Positions 1 through 8,529 of a stretch of DNA of 64,000 bases are shown here, piece after piece. The translations under genes and the position numbers were made by a program. Location of the stretch: the NCBI GenBank assembly GCA_963702005.1, contig OY969696.1, positions 713,680 to 777,679 on the forward strand, given 5' to 3'. This stretch comes from Candidatus Aminicenantes bacterium (GTDB lineage: Bacteria > Acidobacteriota > Aminicenantia > Aminicenantales > JAFGBC01). Each line of letters starts with the position of its first letter. The first letter of the stretch is position 1. The notes beneath the pieces are model-generated. The model was not told the DNA's origin. It saw only the letters and a program-made list of their open reading frames with translations, and made no database searches.

Positions 1-21
1 ACGAAGTATTTGTAAAAGACC

Positions 22-51
22 GGGGTCAAACCTACACTTTGTCACAAAGTG
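22..51. repeat. REP-like palindromic element (ggggtcaaacctacaCTTTGTcaCAAAGtg), inverted orientation, copy 1 of 4
   Basis: Sequence read directly. It is the reverse complement of the copies at 1074-1105, 4043-4071 and 63411-63433 and contains the palindrome CACTTTGT-CA-CAAAGTG. Confidence 0.7.
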
Positions 52-75
52 CAACTTAAGGAAGAAAAGGCGGTT

Positions 76-1014
76 TTATTTCGTCAGATTCTTTGTGATT
101 TCTTCAACAGCCTGACGGAGAACGTTGTTCTCACGAATGAGTGTTTTCATTCGGATTGAAATTTTCGCGATGCCGGATTGGCTGAGGTTGAAATAGTCGG
201 CCACGTCCTTGAGTGAATACCCCGCTTTCTTGCCTGCAATCCATATGACCGCATCTCTATTGAATTTGTTGTTCCGTCCCAAGACTCGATCCGATTCCGA
301 TTGAATCCGGTTCAGCGGGGGCTTTTCTATCAAACTCCGCAAAGCCGGAAGCTCCCGGTCTTTATGACGATCTGGATTTATCCGGCTCGTGATTTTCTCG
401 ACAAACTCAGGGCACCCCAGGATGGCCGTGCGTATGAAGTCCTGGCGGAGAGATTCGGGATTTCGGCCGGCTTGGCTCAGGACGAAAGAAGCGTAGAGGC
501 GTCTGGCTTGGGTTCTGTCTTGGCTGAATAGCCCGAGAACGAACTCGATTTTCAGCCAGGGAGGTGGTTTTCGAAGTCCGACATAGTCTCTATAGCTCGA
601 CCAGCAATATTGATCCGGCAGCTCCGCTATATCGGCGCGGACGGGATTTAAATGAATATAACTGGTAAGCAGTTGGGCGTAGGATTCCGCTTCGATCAAG
701 ATGCTTTTAAAACGGCCCTGGAAGAGGTGACCCACTCGTTTCTGCCTCTTGTTGAGATAAATGGAATAAGCGGAATTGATAAACTGCATGATTTGCGAGA
801 GGTTGCCTCTGGGCGTCTCGATCATGAAATGAAAATGATTCTCCATGAGGCAATAGGCGTGGAACTGTGCGGCATGCGTCTCGTAAGCCTCTTCAAGGAA
901 ATCCAGGAAGCGCAAATAATTCAAATTGTTGAAAAAGATCGGTTGTTTCTGATTCCCCCTGGAGGTTACATGATAAAAAGCGCCTTCGTATTCAATCCTG
1001 AACTGTCGTGCCAC
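76..1014 (-). CDS. REP-associated tyrosine transposase (RAYT, IS200-like Y1 HUH transposase) with C-terminal DnaA-C-like HTH
   Basis: ORF translation has the motifs FYHVTSRGN and YCLMENHFHFM (HUH/Y1 transposase fold) and a C-terminal segment AGYSLKDVADYFNLSQSGIAKI that resembles a DnaA C-terminal HTH. It is flanked by inverted REP copies. Confidence 0.75.
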   Translation of the reverse strand: MARQFRIEYEGAFYHVTSRGNQKQPIFFNNLNYLRFLDFLEEAYETHAAQFHAYCLMENHFHFMIETPRGNLSQIMQFINSAYSIYLNKRQKRVGHLFQGRFKSILIEAESYAQLLTSYIHLNPVRADIAELPDQYCWSSYRDYVGLRKPPPWLKIEFVLGLFSQDRTQARRLYASFVLSQAGRNPESLRQDFIRTAILGCPEFVEKITSRINPDRHKDRELPALRSLIEKPPLNRIQSESDRVLGRNNKFNRDAVIWIAGKKAGYSLKDVADYFNLSQSGIAKISIRMKTLIRENNVLRQAVEEITKNLTK

Positions 1015-1073
1015 ATGAATAGAGACTTGAGTCCCCGTCGATCTTTCTCACGATCGGATCTACGCTTGAATTA

Positions 1074-1105
1074 CACTTTATGACAAAGTGTAGGTTTGAC
1101 CCCGG
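1074..1105. repeat. REP-like palindromic element, copy 2
   Basis: cactttatgacaaagtgtaggtttgaccccgg has the same core as 22-51 in opposite orientation, forming a REP-RAYT-REP unit. Confidence 0.7.
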
Positions 1106-1695
1106 TCGACGTCTTTAGACAAAATCCCGGCTTTTTAAGGTCTTTATTTATGAAGAGAGCGCGTTCCGCTCGGTGTATCATAAAGACGGCTTTGAGGCCG
1201 GACGTAAAAGTGGATTTAGGAAGGATCTACGACCGGTTCGGGGAGAGGATGTTCCATTATCTGTCTGTCAAGCTCGGCTCGGCCCAGGACGCCGAGGACG
1301 TCCTCCAAGAGGTCTTTTATCGCTTGCTGAAGAATCCCTTAAGGCTCCGGCTCGTGCGCGATCAGGCCGCCTACATCTTCCGGACGGCCCGCAACGAGGC
1401 CCTTAGGTTCTTGGGCGGGAAAATCCGCGATCGGAAGATCTCCAGCCGGGCGCTCGAGCTCCAGGGCGTCATTAGGGAGTCCCTGACCGGGGTCGGCCGG
1501 GACGAGGAAGACAGCGCGGCCCGCGCTTTAGCGGGAATCCCCGAGGAACAGCGTGAGGTCATCATCCTCAAGATTTTCGAGGAGTTGACCTTCAAAGAGA
1601 TCGCTTCCGTTTGCGGCATTTCCATCAATACGGCGGCCAGCCGTTACCGGTACGGATTGGAGAAGCTCCGCGAGATCCTGGAGGAGAGACGATGA
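1096..1695 (+). CDS. ECF-type RNA polymerase sigma factor (sigma-70 family group 4). The true start may be the internal Met near 1150.
   Basis: Sigma region 2 and 4 character (DAEDVLQEVFYRLL; C-terminal LTFKEIASVCGISINTAASRYRYGLEKLR HTH). The stop overlaps the next start (ATGA). Confidence 0.7.
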   Translation: MTPVDVFRQNPGFLRSLFMKRARSARCIIKTALRPDVKVDLGRIYDRFGERMFHYLSVKLGSAQDAEDVLQEVFYRLLKNPLRLRLVRDQAAYIFRTARNEALRFLGGKIRDRKISSRALELQGVIRESLTGVGRDEEDSAARALAGIPEEQREVIILKIFEELTFKEIASVCGISINTAASRYRYGLEKLREILEERR

Positions 1696-2114
1696 ACGAT
1701 GTTCGTAAGACCGAGGAATTTCTGGAAAGGTTCCAGCGGAAGCCCGCGCCTCCCGGCCTGCGGGCGAAGCTCCTGGAGAGGGCCGGGCAGAGGAGGAGGG
1801 ATTCAAGGCTGCTTGGTCCGGCGGGCTGGGGAGTGCTCGGCGCGAGCCTCGTCCTGTTAACGCTGGCCTGGGCTTGCGACGGCTTACTATCTAAGCCCCT
1901 GGATCGACGGGTGTCGTCTGCTCTGGGCCGGTCCGGTTCCGAGCGGAATCCGGAAGAACAAGCCTGGAGTGAGCTAGAGAATGAGGTCCGTTTATCGAAC
2001 GCCGACCTTAAAATGTCTCCTTGGCTGGTCCGTCCGCCTGACGGCGAGAACAGCGTCGATCGGGAAACGATTCTTCTGCTCAAAACGATGAAGGAGGATT
2101 TTGATGAGCTCTAA
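1692..2114 (+). CDS. Putative anti-sigma factor (single-pass membrane protein)
   Basis: Translationally coupled to the ECF sigma gene (ATGA overlap). One predicted TM segment (GWGVLGASLVLLTLAWA). The size is typical for an anti-sigma factor. Confidence 0.45.
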   Translation: MNDVRKTEEFLERFQRKPAPPGLRAKLLERAGQRRRDSRLLGPAGWGVLGASLVLLTLAWACDGLLSKPLDRRVSSALGRSGSERNPEEQAWSELENEVRLSNADLKMSPWLVRPPDGENSVDRETILLLKTMKEDFDEL

Positions 2115-3414
2115 AACAGTGAGAATTCTGGCTCGGATCGGGGTTGGGGCGCTGGCCCTTCTCGCCGTCGGCCTCGCCCTTCGCGCCGTCCTTAATTATT
2201 CCTACGGAAAGAAGCTGGAGTCTTTGCTTGCGGAGATGAAAGCGTCCGGGGCGCCCATGACGCCTAAGGACGTAGAGCCGACCTGCCCGGCCGGGGATAA
2301 CGGCGCCCCTCTCTGGAATGCGGCCTCGGCCCTGCTGAATCTGGAGAACGAGGATAGAAGCCTCCTGGCCAACGGCTTCCTGGCTCTGAGATCTCGAAAC
2401 GTGCCGGGTAACGATCTCAGGAGTTCCCTGGAATCGATCATCGCCAAGAATCAAAAAGCCATTCAGATGCTGTTGGAGGCGTCCCGGAAGCCTTGCTTCA
2501 AAGACGAGGAAAAATGGCTGGATCCCAACAGGGACGGCTTCGCCGCCCGCTTGGTCAAAATCATCGGCGCCTCGAGGCTTTTGGCGCTGGACTCCGTTCT
2601 TAAGGCGGAGCAAGGCCGTAGCGAGGAGGCCGTCGCCGAGTGCCTGGCCGGCTTTCGCCTGATGAGAAGCGGCTTGGAGGACGCCTTCATGATCAACGAC
2701 CTCGTTTTGGTGGCCTGTGCCAAGCAGCTCGTTCTTGCCCTGCAGGTCATCGCTTCGGGTCGGGAGCTTCCCGCTCCCCTTCTGTCACAGATCATCGCCG
2801 AACTCGACGGCTCGGTATGGCATGACGGCATGATCCGGGCTTTGCGTATCGAACGCTTATTAATCCAGGACCACGGTCTTCGGGCGATTCGGGGGGAGGA
2901 GAAAAGCTCTTGGTCATGGCTTCTCCGGCCCATCATAAAATCCGAAATTATCTGGATGTCGTCTGTTTGGGACCGGATTATCCGGGACGCGCAGCGCCCT
3001 TATTATGAGAGCGATGGGCTGCGTCCTGCCATGGAGGATATCGAGAAGGACACTCCTTGGTATTTTCGGATGGCCGGGCTCCTCATCCCGAATGCGGCGT
3101 CCTTTGTTTTAAAAGAAGCAACCCTCGAAGCCCTTCTGGATGTAACCCGCCTGGGGATCGCCTGCAAGATCTACAAGGCCAAACACGGCGTTTTCCCGGA
3201 TTCGTTGACTCAGCTCGTCCCCGCCGTCCTGCCGGACCTCCCCGTAGATCCGTTCAGCGGGAAACCCTTCGTTTATAAAAAATCCGACTCCGGCTTCATC
3301 CTCTACAGCCTGGGGTCGAATAAAAAGGATGACGGCGGACGGGAAACCTGGGACATCACCCAATTAGTTATGGACAAGGATGACGACTGGGCTTGGCGCG
3401 AAACGGCCCGCTGA
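2101..3414 (+). CDS. Hypothetical membrane-anchored protein (third gene of the ECF sigma operon)
   Basis: 437-aa ORF with an N-terminal TM helix (ILARIGVGALALLAVGLAL). I recognised no family; coding-like composition. Confidence 0.5.
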   Translation: MMSSKTVRILARIGVGALALLAVGLALRAVLNYSYGKKLESLLAEMKASGAPMTPKDVEPTCPAGDNGAPLWNAASALLNLENEDRSLLANGFLALRSRNVPGNDLRSSLESIIAKNQKAIQMLLEASRKPCFKDEEKWLDPNRDGFAARLVKIIGASRLLALDSVLKAEQGRSEEAVAECLAGFRLMRSGLEDAFMINDLVLVACAKQLVLALQVIASGRELPAPLLSQIIAELDGSVWHDGMIRALRIERLLIQDHGLRAIRGEEKSSWSWLLRPIIKSEIIWMSSVWDRIIRDAQRPYYESDGLRPAMEDIEKDTPWYFRMAGLLIPNAASFVLKEATLEALLDVTRLGIACKIYKAKHGVFPDSLTQLVPAVLPDLPVDPFSGKPFVYKKSDSGFILYSLGSNKKDDGGRETWDITQLVMDKDDDWAWRETAR

Positions 3415-3439
3415 GCCGGACCCCTCCTTGAATTGCACG

Positions 3440-4040
3440 AAAGCTTTACAGGCTGCCCCGTGGCTTGCCACGGGGTGGAATGTATGCCTTGCCGAGGGGG
3501 TGATAAGGGGGACCGGAAAGTCCCCCTTATCCACAAAGGCCCTTGCTCGGGAGTGTGGTAAAGTATATGGGTGACGCTGAAACGGACGAGTCATTCGGTC
3601 TACGACACGTCCTACCATCTGGTCTGGTGTCCGAAGTACCGGAAGAAGATTTTCGAGCGGGTGGAAGTCCGGGAACGAGCGAAACAGATCGTGGGAGAGA
3701 TTTGCGAATCGTACGATATTGAAATCATCGAGATGGAAATTACCGAAGATCATATTCATTTGCTAGTATCATTTCCGCCATCGCGATCGATCGGGGAGGT
3801 CGTCAGGATCATAAAGAGCATGAGTGGGAGGGGGTTGTTTCGCGAGTTTGCGGGCTTGAAAAAGAAGCTGTGGGGCGGGGAAGTGTGGGAGGACGGATAT
3901 TTCGCAAGGACGGTCGGAGACCGGATGACGAGGGATGTGATCGCGAAGTACATCGTCAGTCACCGAGAACTGGAGCAAGGGCCTGCGCAGCTGGCCTTGA
4001 AGCTGCGCTCCTAATGCCCCGCGGCTTGCCGCGGGGATCT
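3440..4040 (+). mobile_element. IS200/IS605-family insertion sequence (tnpA only) with subterminal hairpins
   Basis: Left-end hairpin ccccgtggcttgccacgggg (about 3457-3476) and right-end hairpin ccccgcggcttgccgcgggg (about 4017-4036) flank the tnpA ORF. Confidence 0.65.
3571..4014 (+). CDS. tnpA: IS200/IS605 family transposase TnpA (Y1 HUH)
   Basis: Motifs YHLVWCPKYRKKIF and HIHLLVSFPP (HUH). The size of 147 aa is typical for TnpA. Confidence 0.85.
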   Translation: MTLKRTSHSVYDTSYHLVWCPKYRKKIFERVEVRERAKQIVGEICESYDIEIIEMEITEDHIHLLVSFPPSRSIGEVVRIIKSMSGRGLFREFAGLKKKLWGGEVWEDGYFARTVGDRMTRDVIAKYIVSHRELEQGPAQLALKLRS

Positions 4041-4042
4041 TT

Positions 4043-4071
4043 ACTTTGTGACAAAGTGTAGGTTTGACCCC
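4043..4071. repeat. REP-like palindromic element, copy 3 (abutting the IS200 right end)
   Basis: actttgtgacaaagtgtaggtttgacccc; same core as 1074-1105. Confidence 0.7.
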
Positions 4072-4079
4072 GAGCAGGA

Positions 4080-6290
4080 TCAGCGGAACAGGCCGGCCAG
4101 GTAGGGGCCGAGGCCGGTCTGCGTCGCGATCTTGAGCGCTTCCTCGGGCGGAACCGGACTTTTCCGGCGCAACGACTCGAGGATGCGGATGATGGAGTAA
4201 GCGACTTCGGCCGTCTGTCCCGCTTCTTTCCTCTTCGTCTTGAGATAGCCGATGGCGTCGAACAAGACGGCGTTGGCCTCCCCGTAGCCGACGGGCTTCC
4301 GGCGGCCGTAAAGGCGGACCCATTGGGGTTGGCTCAAAACGTCGTTGACGTGCATCAGGATGAGCGAGGTCGCCCGGCCGATCAGCTTGAGGTTGCTCGG
4401 GCTGACGTTGACCATCGTGTTCCCGATGACCCTGCCCAGCCGGGCCATGACGGCCGTCGAGTGGGCGTTGAGGAGCATTTTGAGCCCGACCTGCTCCCCG
4501 AGCCGGAGCGGGTCATCCTCGGTCTCGGCCGCGATCTGAACGAAAGGCGAGGACTTGGACAAAAGGCCCTTCTGGACCAGGGCCTCGCGGAGCCCGGCCG
4601 CACCTTGAACGGATCCGCCGGCCAGGATGAGGGCCGTCCCGGCGTCCTTTTTCGCGAAGAGTCCGAGGAACGCGCGGGAAGGAGACGTTTCATTCTTCAA
4701 CTCCTCGACCTCCGGTCCGAGAGCGATGGCAACCCCAAGGTCGTCCCGGCCGGGCCCCCGCTTGACGATGTTCGGCTCGGCGAATGAGAAGTCGTATTGG
4801 TACTGCTGATCGTCGCCGGCCCGCTTCAGGCTTTCCAGCGCGGCCGTCCGCAGGTAAGGATCCTCGATCTCCTCCTCGAACGGCTTTTGATAGAGGCCGG
4901 CCGAGAGTCCTCGAAATGGCCTCCCTAAAAATGCCCTCCAAGCGGCCCCCAGATCCGGCGCCGGAGTCCAGACCTGGATCCAGCATTTCCGCTTCGGCTC
5001 GTAGACGGTATCAAGGGGATAGAGCCGGAAGGTCGGGCTTCGTTCCGTGCCGTCTATGAAGACGGTGATCAGGCCGTCTGCGGCGAAATAAGTCGAGAAG
5101 CGGCCGGCGGCGTAGGCGTCGGATTCGCGCAACGTGAGGTCCGCCAGCGCCGGGATGCTCGATTGGACCGCCTCGTGGAGAGGGGCGAACCTCAGGAGCC
5201 TGTCGCTGAGTGGCGTCTCGTCCAAGGCAAAGCCGAGCCTCGCCATCTCCTTGGGCGCCAGGACCGTCCTCAGAGCCCTGTCCAGGGCGGTTTCCAGGAC
5301 CGTCCCGATGACCCAGGTTTCGATCGTCGTGGCCTGCATTCGGGTCGAGCCCGTGATGGCCTGGGGGCCGGTCGTCAGGTTGATCTTGGTGATGCCCGGG
5401 TCCTGGAGGACTTTCCGGCTCCGTTCGAGAGGGAGGAGCTTATCGTCGGGGTTGTTGTAGATGAAGTACAGGCTGAACCGGCTTTCGCCGGCGTCGACGG
5501 CTCCCGGCGCCGTCCAGTCTCCGCGCGCGGCCAGGATGGTCCCGATGACCGACGAGGTCTCCCCGCCCTCCGTGACGCAGATGACGACATCGCCTTTTTT
5601 GATCCCTCGGTCCCGGAGCTGGAGCCGGCCGATGAGTTGAAGATCTTCGAAGCCTTCGAGAGAGCTGATCAGGGCCCGGTCGCCGCCCGTCATCTCTCCG
5701 ATCAGGCGCCCCTCGGCATCCCCGCCGAAGCGGGCTCCGAGCTTGGCCCCGACCTTGGTTTCGGCCGCGGCCTTCCTCCAGAACGGCCTCCACAGGCCGC
5801 TTTCCATCTGCTTGGCCAGCCGGCCCGTGGCGCCGCAGCCGTAGATGTAGACGGAGCGGCCTTGGAGGAGGGCTCCCTCGACGGCCCGGGCCATCTGCTC
5901 GAGCCCGGCCGGGTCGGCGGCGAGGCTGTCGAGCTTGTCGACGATGTCCTGGTCGACCGAGACGATCATCCGGAGTCCGGCCGCCGCGTCCTTTCCGACC
6001 CGCTCGCTCAGGTTCCACGTCTTAGGATGCCGCTGCTCGGTCAGAAGGTCGTGGAGCTGGAATTGGGTTTTGTTCTGGACGTAGTCGATCGATTCGGCCG
6101 AGGCCTCGATGCCCAGGAATTTGAGGAGGCTCGTCTCGACCGAAGGCGGAGCCGTCTGTTCCTGGCCTCGCCCGGCCGCCAGGAAACCCGGCCGGCCCGG
6201 AGCGCAGACGAAGAGGGCGAGAATCAGCAACGAACCCAGGATGCGGGCGGTCCGGACGGCGCCCTCCTCATCCGTACTGATGCTGGTCAT
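4080..6290 (-). CDS. Exported protein with SIS (sugar isomerase, MurQ/GckR-like) domain motifs
   Basis: N-terminal signal peptide. Motifs IYGCGATGRLAKQ and DVVICVTEGGETSSVIGT resemble SIS-fold proteins. 736 aa. Confidence 0.4.
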   Translation of the reverse strand: MTSISTDEEGAVRTARILGSLLILALFVCAPGRPGFLAAGRGQEQTAPPSVETSLLKFLGIEASAESIDYVQNKTQFQLHDLLTEQRHPKTWNLSERVGKDAAAGLRMIVSVDQDIVDKLDSLAADPAGLEQMARAVEGALLQGRSVYIYGCGATGRLAKQMESGLWRPFWRKAAAETKVGAKLGARFGGDAEGRLIGEMTGGDRALISSLEGFEDLQLIGRLQLRDRGIKKGDVVICVTEGGETSSVIGTILAARGDWTAPGAVDAGESRFSLYFIYNNPDDKLLPLERSRKVLQDPGITKINLTTGPQAITGSTRMQATTIETWVIGTVLETALDRALRTVLAPKEMARLGFALDETPLSDRLLRFAPLHEAVQSSIPALADLTLRESDAYAAGRFSTYFAADGLITVFIDGTERSPTFRLYPLDTVYEPKRKCWIQVWTPAPDLGAAWRAFLGRPFRGLSAGLYQKPFEEEIEDPYLRTAALESLKRAGDDQQYQYDFSFAEPNIVKRGPGRDDLGVAIALGPEVEELKNETSPSRAFLGLFAKKDAGTALILAGGSVQGAAGLREALVQKGLLSKSSPFVQIAAETEDDPLRLGEQVGLKMLLNAHSTAVMARLGRVIGNTMVNVSPSNLKLIGRATSLILMHVNDVLSQPQWVRLYGRRKPVGYGEANAVLFDAIGYLKTKRKEAGQTAEVAYSIIRILESLRRKSPVPPEEALKIATQTGLGPYLAGLFR

Positions 6291-6777
6291 CGAGGATGTC
6301 TCCTTCGCGCCAGGACTTGGCCCAGTCCTCGACCTTGGAGACGAGGAAGCGTCCGTCGGCCGTGGAGCAGACCACTCGGATCAGGCCCGCGTTGATGAGC
6401 ATTTTCTTGCAGATGAAGCAGGGGAAGGCGTCGATGACCGCCCCGCTCTCCGGGACGGTCCCGAAAATATACATGTCGCCGCCCAGGAGGCTCACGCCGG
6501 CCCGGGCCGCGTTGATGATGGCGTTCTGCTCGGCGTGGACGCTCCGGCACAGCTCGTAGCGCTGGCCGTGGGGAATGCCGAGCTTATCGCGAAGGCAGGA
6601 GCCGTGCTCGAGACTGTCGCGGGTTTTGCGGGGAGCCCCGGCGTAGCCGGTCGAGACGATCTGGTCGTCGCGGACGATCAGGGCGCCGATCGAACGCCGG
6701 TAGCAGGTGCTGCGGCGGGCGACCTCCCGGGCGATCCCGAGATAGTACTCGTCCTTGGAGATCCGTGGAGCCGTCAT
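6268..6777 (-). CDS. dCMP (deoxycytidylate) deaminase
   Basis: Zinc-binding motifs HAEQNAI and PCFICKKML (CDA fold, ComEB/dCMP deaminase family). Confidence 0.8.
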   Translation of the reverse strand: MTAPRISKDEYYLGIAREVARRSTCYRRSIGALIVRDDQIVSTGYAGAPRKTRDSLEHGSCLRDKLGIPHGQRYELCRSVHAEQNAIINAARAGVSLLGGDMYIFGTVPESGAVIDAFPCFICKKMLINAGLIRVVCSTADGRFLVSKVEDWAKSWREGDILDDQHQYG

Positions 6778-7319
6778 GCGAACACCTCCAGCTTGCGATA
6801 TAGGTTCTCGAGCGTGCCGTCGTTGATGACGAGGGCATCGGCGAGCTCCCGGCAGCGCCGGAGTTGCTGGCCGGTCGGCGAGCCCTCCATCTCCTCACGC
6901 TCTTTGGCGATGAACTCGTCCAAGGTCCGGGCCGATTCGTCCCGCCCCCGCTTCCGGACGCGCTCGTAGCGGACCTTGACCGGCGCGTCAACGGCCAGGA
7001 GGCGGAAGTCCGGCCGGGTTCGGAAAAAGGCGATCTCATCGGGATTCCTGATGCTGTCGATGACCGATCGCCCCGCGAGGACGGCCATGATCCGGCGGGC
7101 CAGGACGTCGGCGCCCTGGGAGGCTCGAAGGGCGTTCCCGATCCGGATGAGGTTGTCCCTGGTGACGGCTTCGCCCCGGGCCGAGAGCTCGGCGCGGAGG
7201 ACGTCGGACAGGGAGTGGTAGGCGAAACCCTTCCGGATGAAATAGGCGGCGACCTCGCCCTTGCCGGCTCCGTTGGTTCCGGTCAGGCCGATCAGACGAA
7301 CGTCCGGCTTGTCGATCAT
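6774..7319 (-). CDS. P-loop nucleoside/nucleotide kinase-like protein
   Basis: Walker A motif GLTGTNGAGKG. 181 aa. Overlaps the dCMP deaminase gene by 4 nt (operon). Confidence 0.5.
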   Translation of the reverse strand: MIDKPDVRLIGLTGTNGAGKGEVAAYFIRKGFAYHSLSDVLRAELSARGEAVTRDNLIRIGNALRASQGADVLARRIMAVLAGRSVIDSIRNPDEIAFFRTRPDFRLLAVDAPVKVRYERVRKRGRDESARTLDEFIAKEREEMEGSPTGQQLRRCRELADALVINDGTLENLYRKLEVFA

Positions 7320-7337
7320 GGATTCATCGGCGATGTT

Positions 7338-8129
7338 TTATCCGGCCGGGTCGCTCCCGGTCGCGCCCTTGCCGGCTTTGCGCGCCCGGCGCTCCTTCCG
7401 TTCTTTTCCGAACAGGAAGGCGATTAGAATGCCCAGGGCGTAGAGGATCAGCATGGGGAGGGCGAGAATCGTCTGGTTGACCGGATCGGGAGTCGGCGTG
7501 ATGACGGCGGCGATGATGAAGACGGCCAAGATCGCATACTGGAAATTCTTGAGCATCCAGCGCGACGTCACGATCCCCATTCGCGACAGGAAGAAGATCA
7601 GGGTCGGCGTCTCGAAGACCGCCCCGATGCCCAGCAGGAGTTTGATGATCAGGCCGAAATATTCGTCCACCTTGATGACGGCCTGAAAATCCCGGCCCAT
7701 CTGGAGGAAAAAGCGGCAGGCGTAGGGGAAGACGATGAAATAGCCGAACAGAGCTCCCAGCAGGAAGAACGCCGTCGTGAACAGGACGAACGGCAAGACG
7801 TATTTCTTTTCTTTTTGGTAAAGGCCGGGGGCGATGAAGTACCAGAGCTGGAGGAAGACGACGGGCGCAGCCAGGAATGCCGCCGTCAGGAAGGCGACCT
7901 TCATGTAAAGGACGAACGGCGCCGTCAGGGCCGTGAAGGCCAGCTTCTGTCCGGGGGGCAGATATTTGGTGACCGGCCGGGCCAGGATGGTGAAGATGTC
8001 CTTGGCGAAGATCGCGCTGGGGATGACGGCGATGACGATCGCGATGAGCGCGTAAAAAATTCTTTTGCGGAGATCCTCGAGGTGCTCGAGGAAGGTCATC
8101 TCGTCAGGAGGTTTTTTGGCCTTCCCCAT
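7338..8129 (-). CDS. tatC: Twin-arginine translocase subunit TatC
   Basis: N-terminal FLEHLEDLRKRI motif. Six predicted TM segments. The size is typical for TatC. Confidence 0.8.
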   Translation of the reverse strand: MGKAKKPPDEMTFLEHLEDLRKRIFYALIAIVIAVIPSAIFAKDIFTILARPVTKYLPPGQKLAFTALTAPFVLYMKVAFLTAAFLAAPVVFLQLWYFIAPGLYQKEKKYVLPFVLFTTAFFLLGALFGYFIVFPYACRFFLQMGRDFQAVIKVDEYFGLIIKLLLGIGAVFETPTLIFFLSRMGIVTSRWMLKNFQYAILAVFIIAAVITPTPDPVNQTILALPMLILYALGILIAFLFGKERKERRARKAGKGATGSDPAG

Positions 8130-8430
8130 CCGCCTGATCGTCCTTCTTAGGGGAGTCTCCGACGGGGCGTGGGGAATCCTCCCCGGCGAGGGCCGTCGGG
8201 ATGCTCTTAATGTCCTGGAAATCCTTGCGGAGGTCGTCCGCGACGCCCTTGATCTCCGAGGCTTGAATCTCGTCCTCGATCCGCCCCCGGATCTCCTCCG
8301 AGGTTTTCTTGAACTCTCTCATGGCTTTGCCCAAGGATTTCCCGACTTCGGGGAGCTTCTTCGGTCCGAAGACAAGCAGGGCGACGGCCAGGATGATTAA
8401 AAGTTCCGGAATACCGATGCTGCCGAACAT
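8104..8430 (-). CDS. tatA: Twin-arginine translocase TatA/TatB family protein (start at internal Met MFGSIGIPELLIIL)
   Basis: N-terminal TM helix plus amphipathic helix (FGPKKLPEVGKSLGKAMREFKK), characteristic of TatA/E. Confidence 0.75.
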   Translation of the reverse strand: MFGSIGIPELLIILAVALLVFGPKKLPEVGKSLGKAMREFKKTSEEIRGRIEDEIQASEIKGVADDLRKDFQDIKSIPTALAGEDSPRPVGDSPKKDDQADGEGQKTS

Positions 8431-8529
8431 GTTTCGCTCTCGTGACAACAGCCACTATAAACCCTCGTTTTCCCGAAGTCAATACGGGCGGCCGCCGGCG
8501 ACTTTACAAGGCGCGGCCCCTTTGGTAAG

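Noticed and set aside
1173-1406. Small ORFs nested inside the ECF sigma gene (1173-1406 on +, 1371-1628 on -)
   Set aside because: They lie inside a gene whose sigma-factor motifs are clear, and their composition is biased.
3380-3574. 64-aa ORF in the IS200 left end
   Set aside because: It lies over the subterminal hairpin region of the IS element and is most likely non-coding.
5163-6395. Long antisense/alternative-frame ORFs (e.g. 5163-6395, 8479-9396, 10964-11719, 12345-13391, 14401-15198, 18268-19341, 22869-23903, 29026-30561, 39727-40977, 51916-53235, 58545-60464, 61264-62580) rich in Arg/Pro/Gly/Asp
   Set aside because: - **Composition artefact:** Typical spurious ORFs of GC-rich DNA.
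- **Overlap:** Each overlaps a gene with a clear family assignment on the other strand or frame.
- **No motifs:** They have low-complexity composition and no recognisable motifs.
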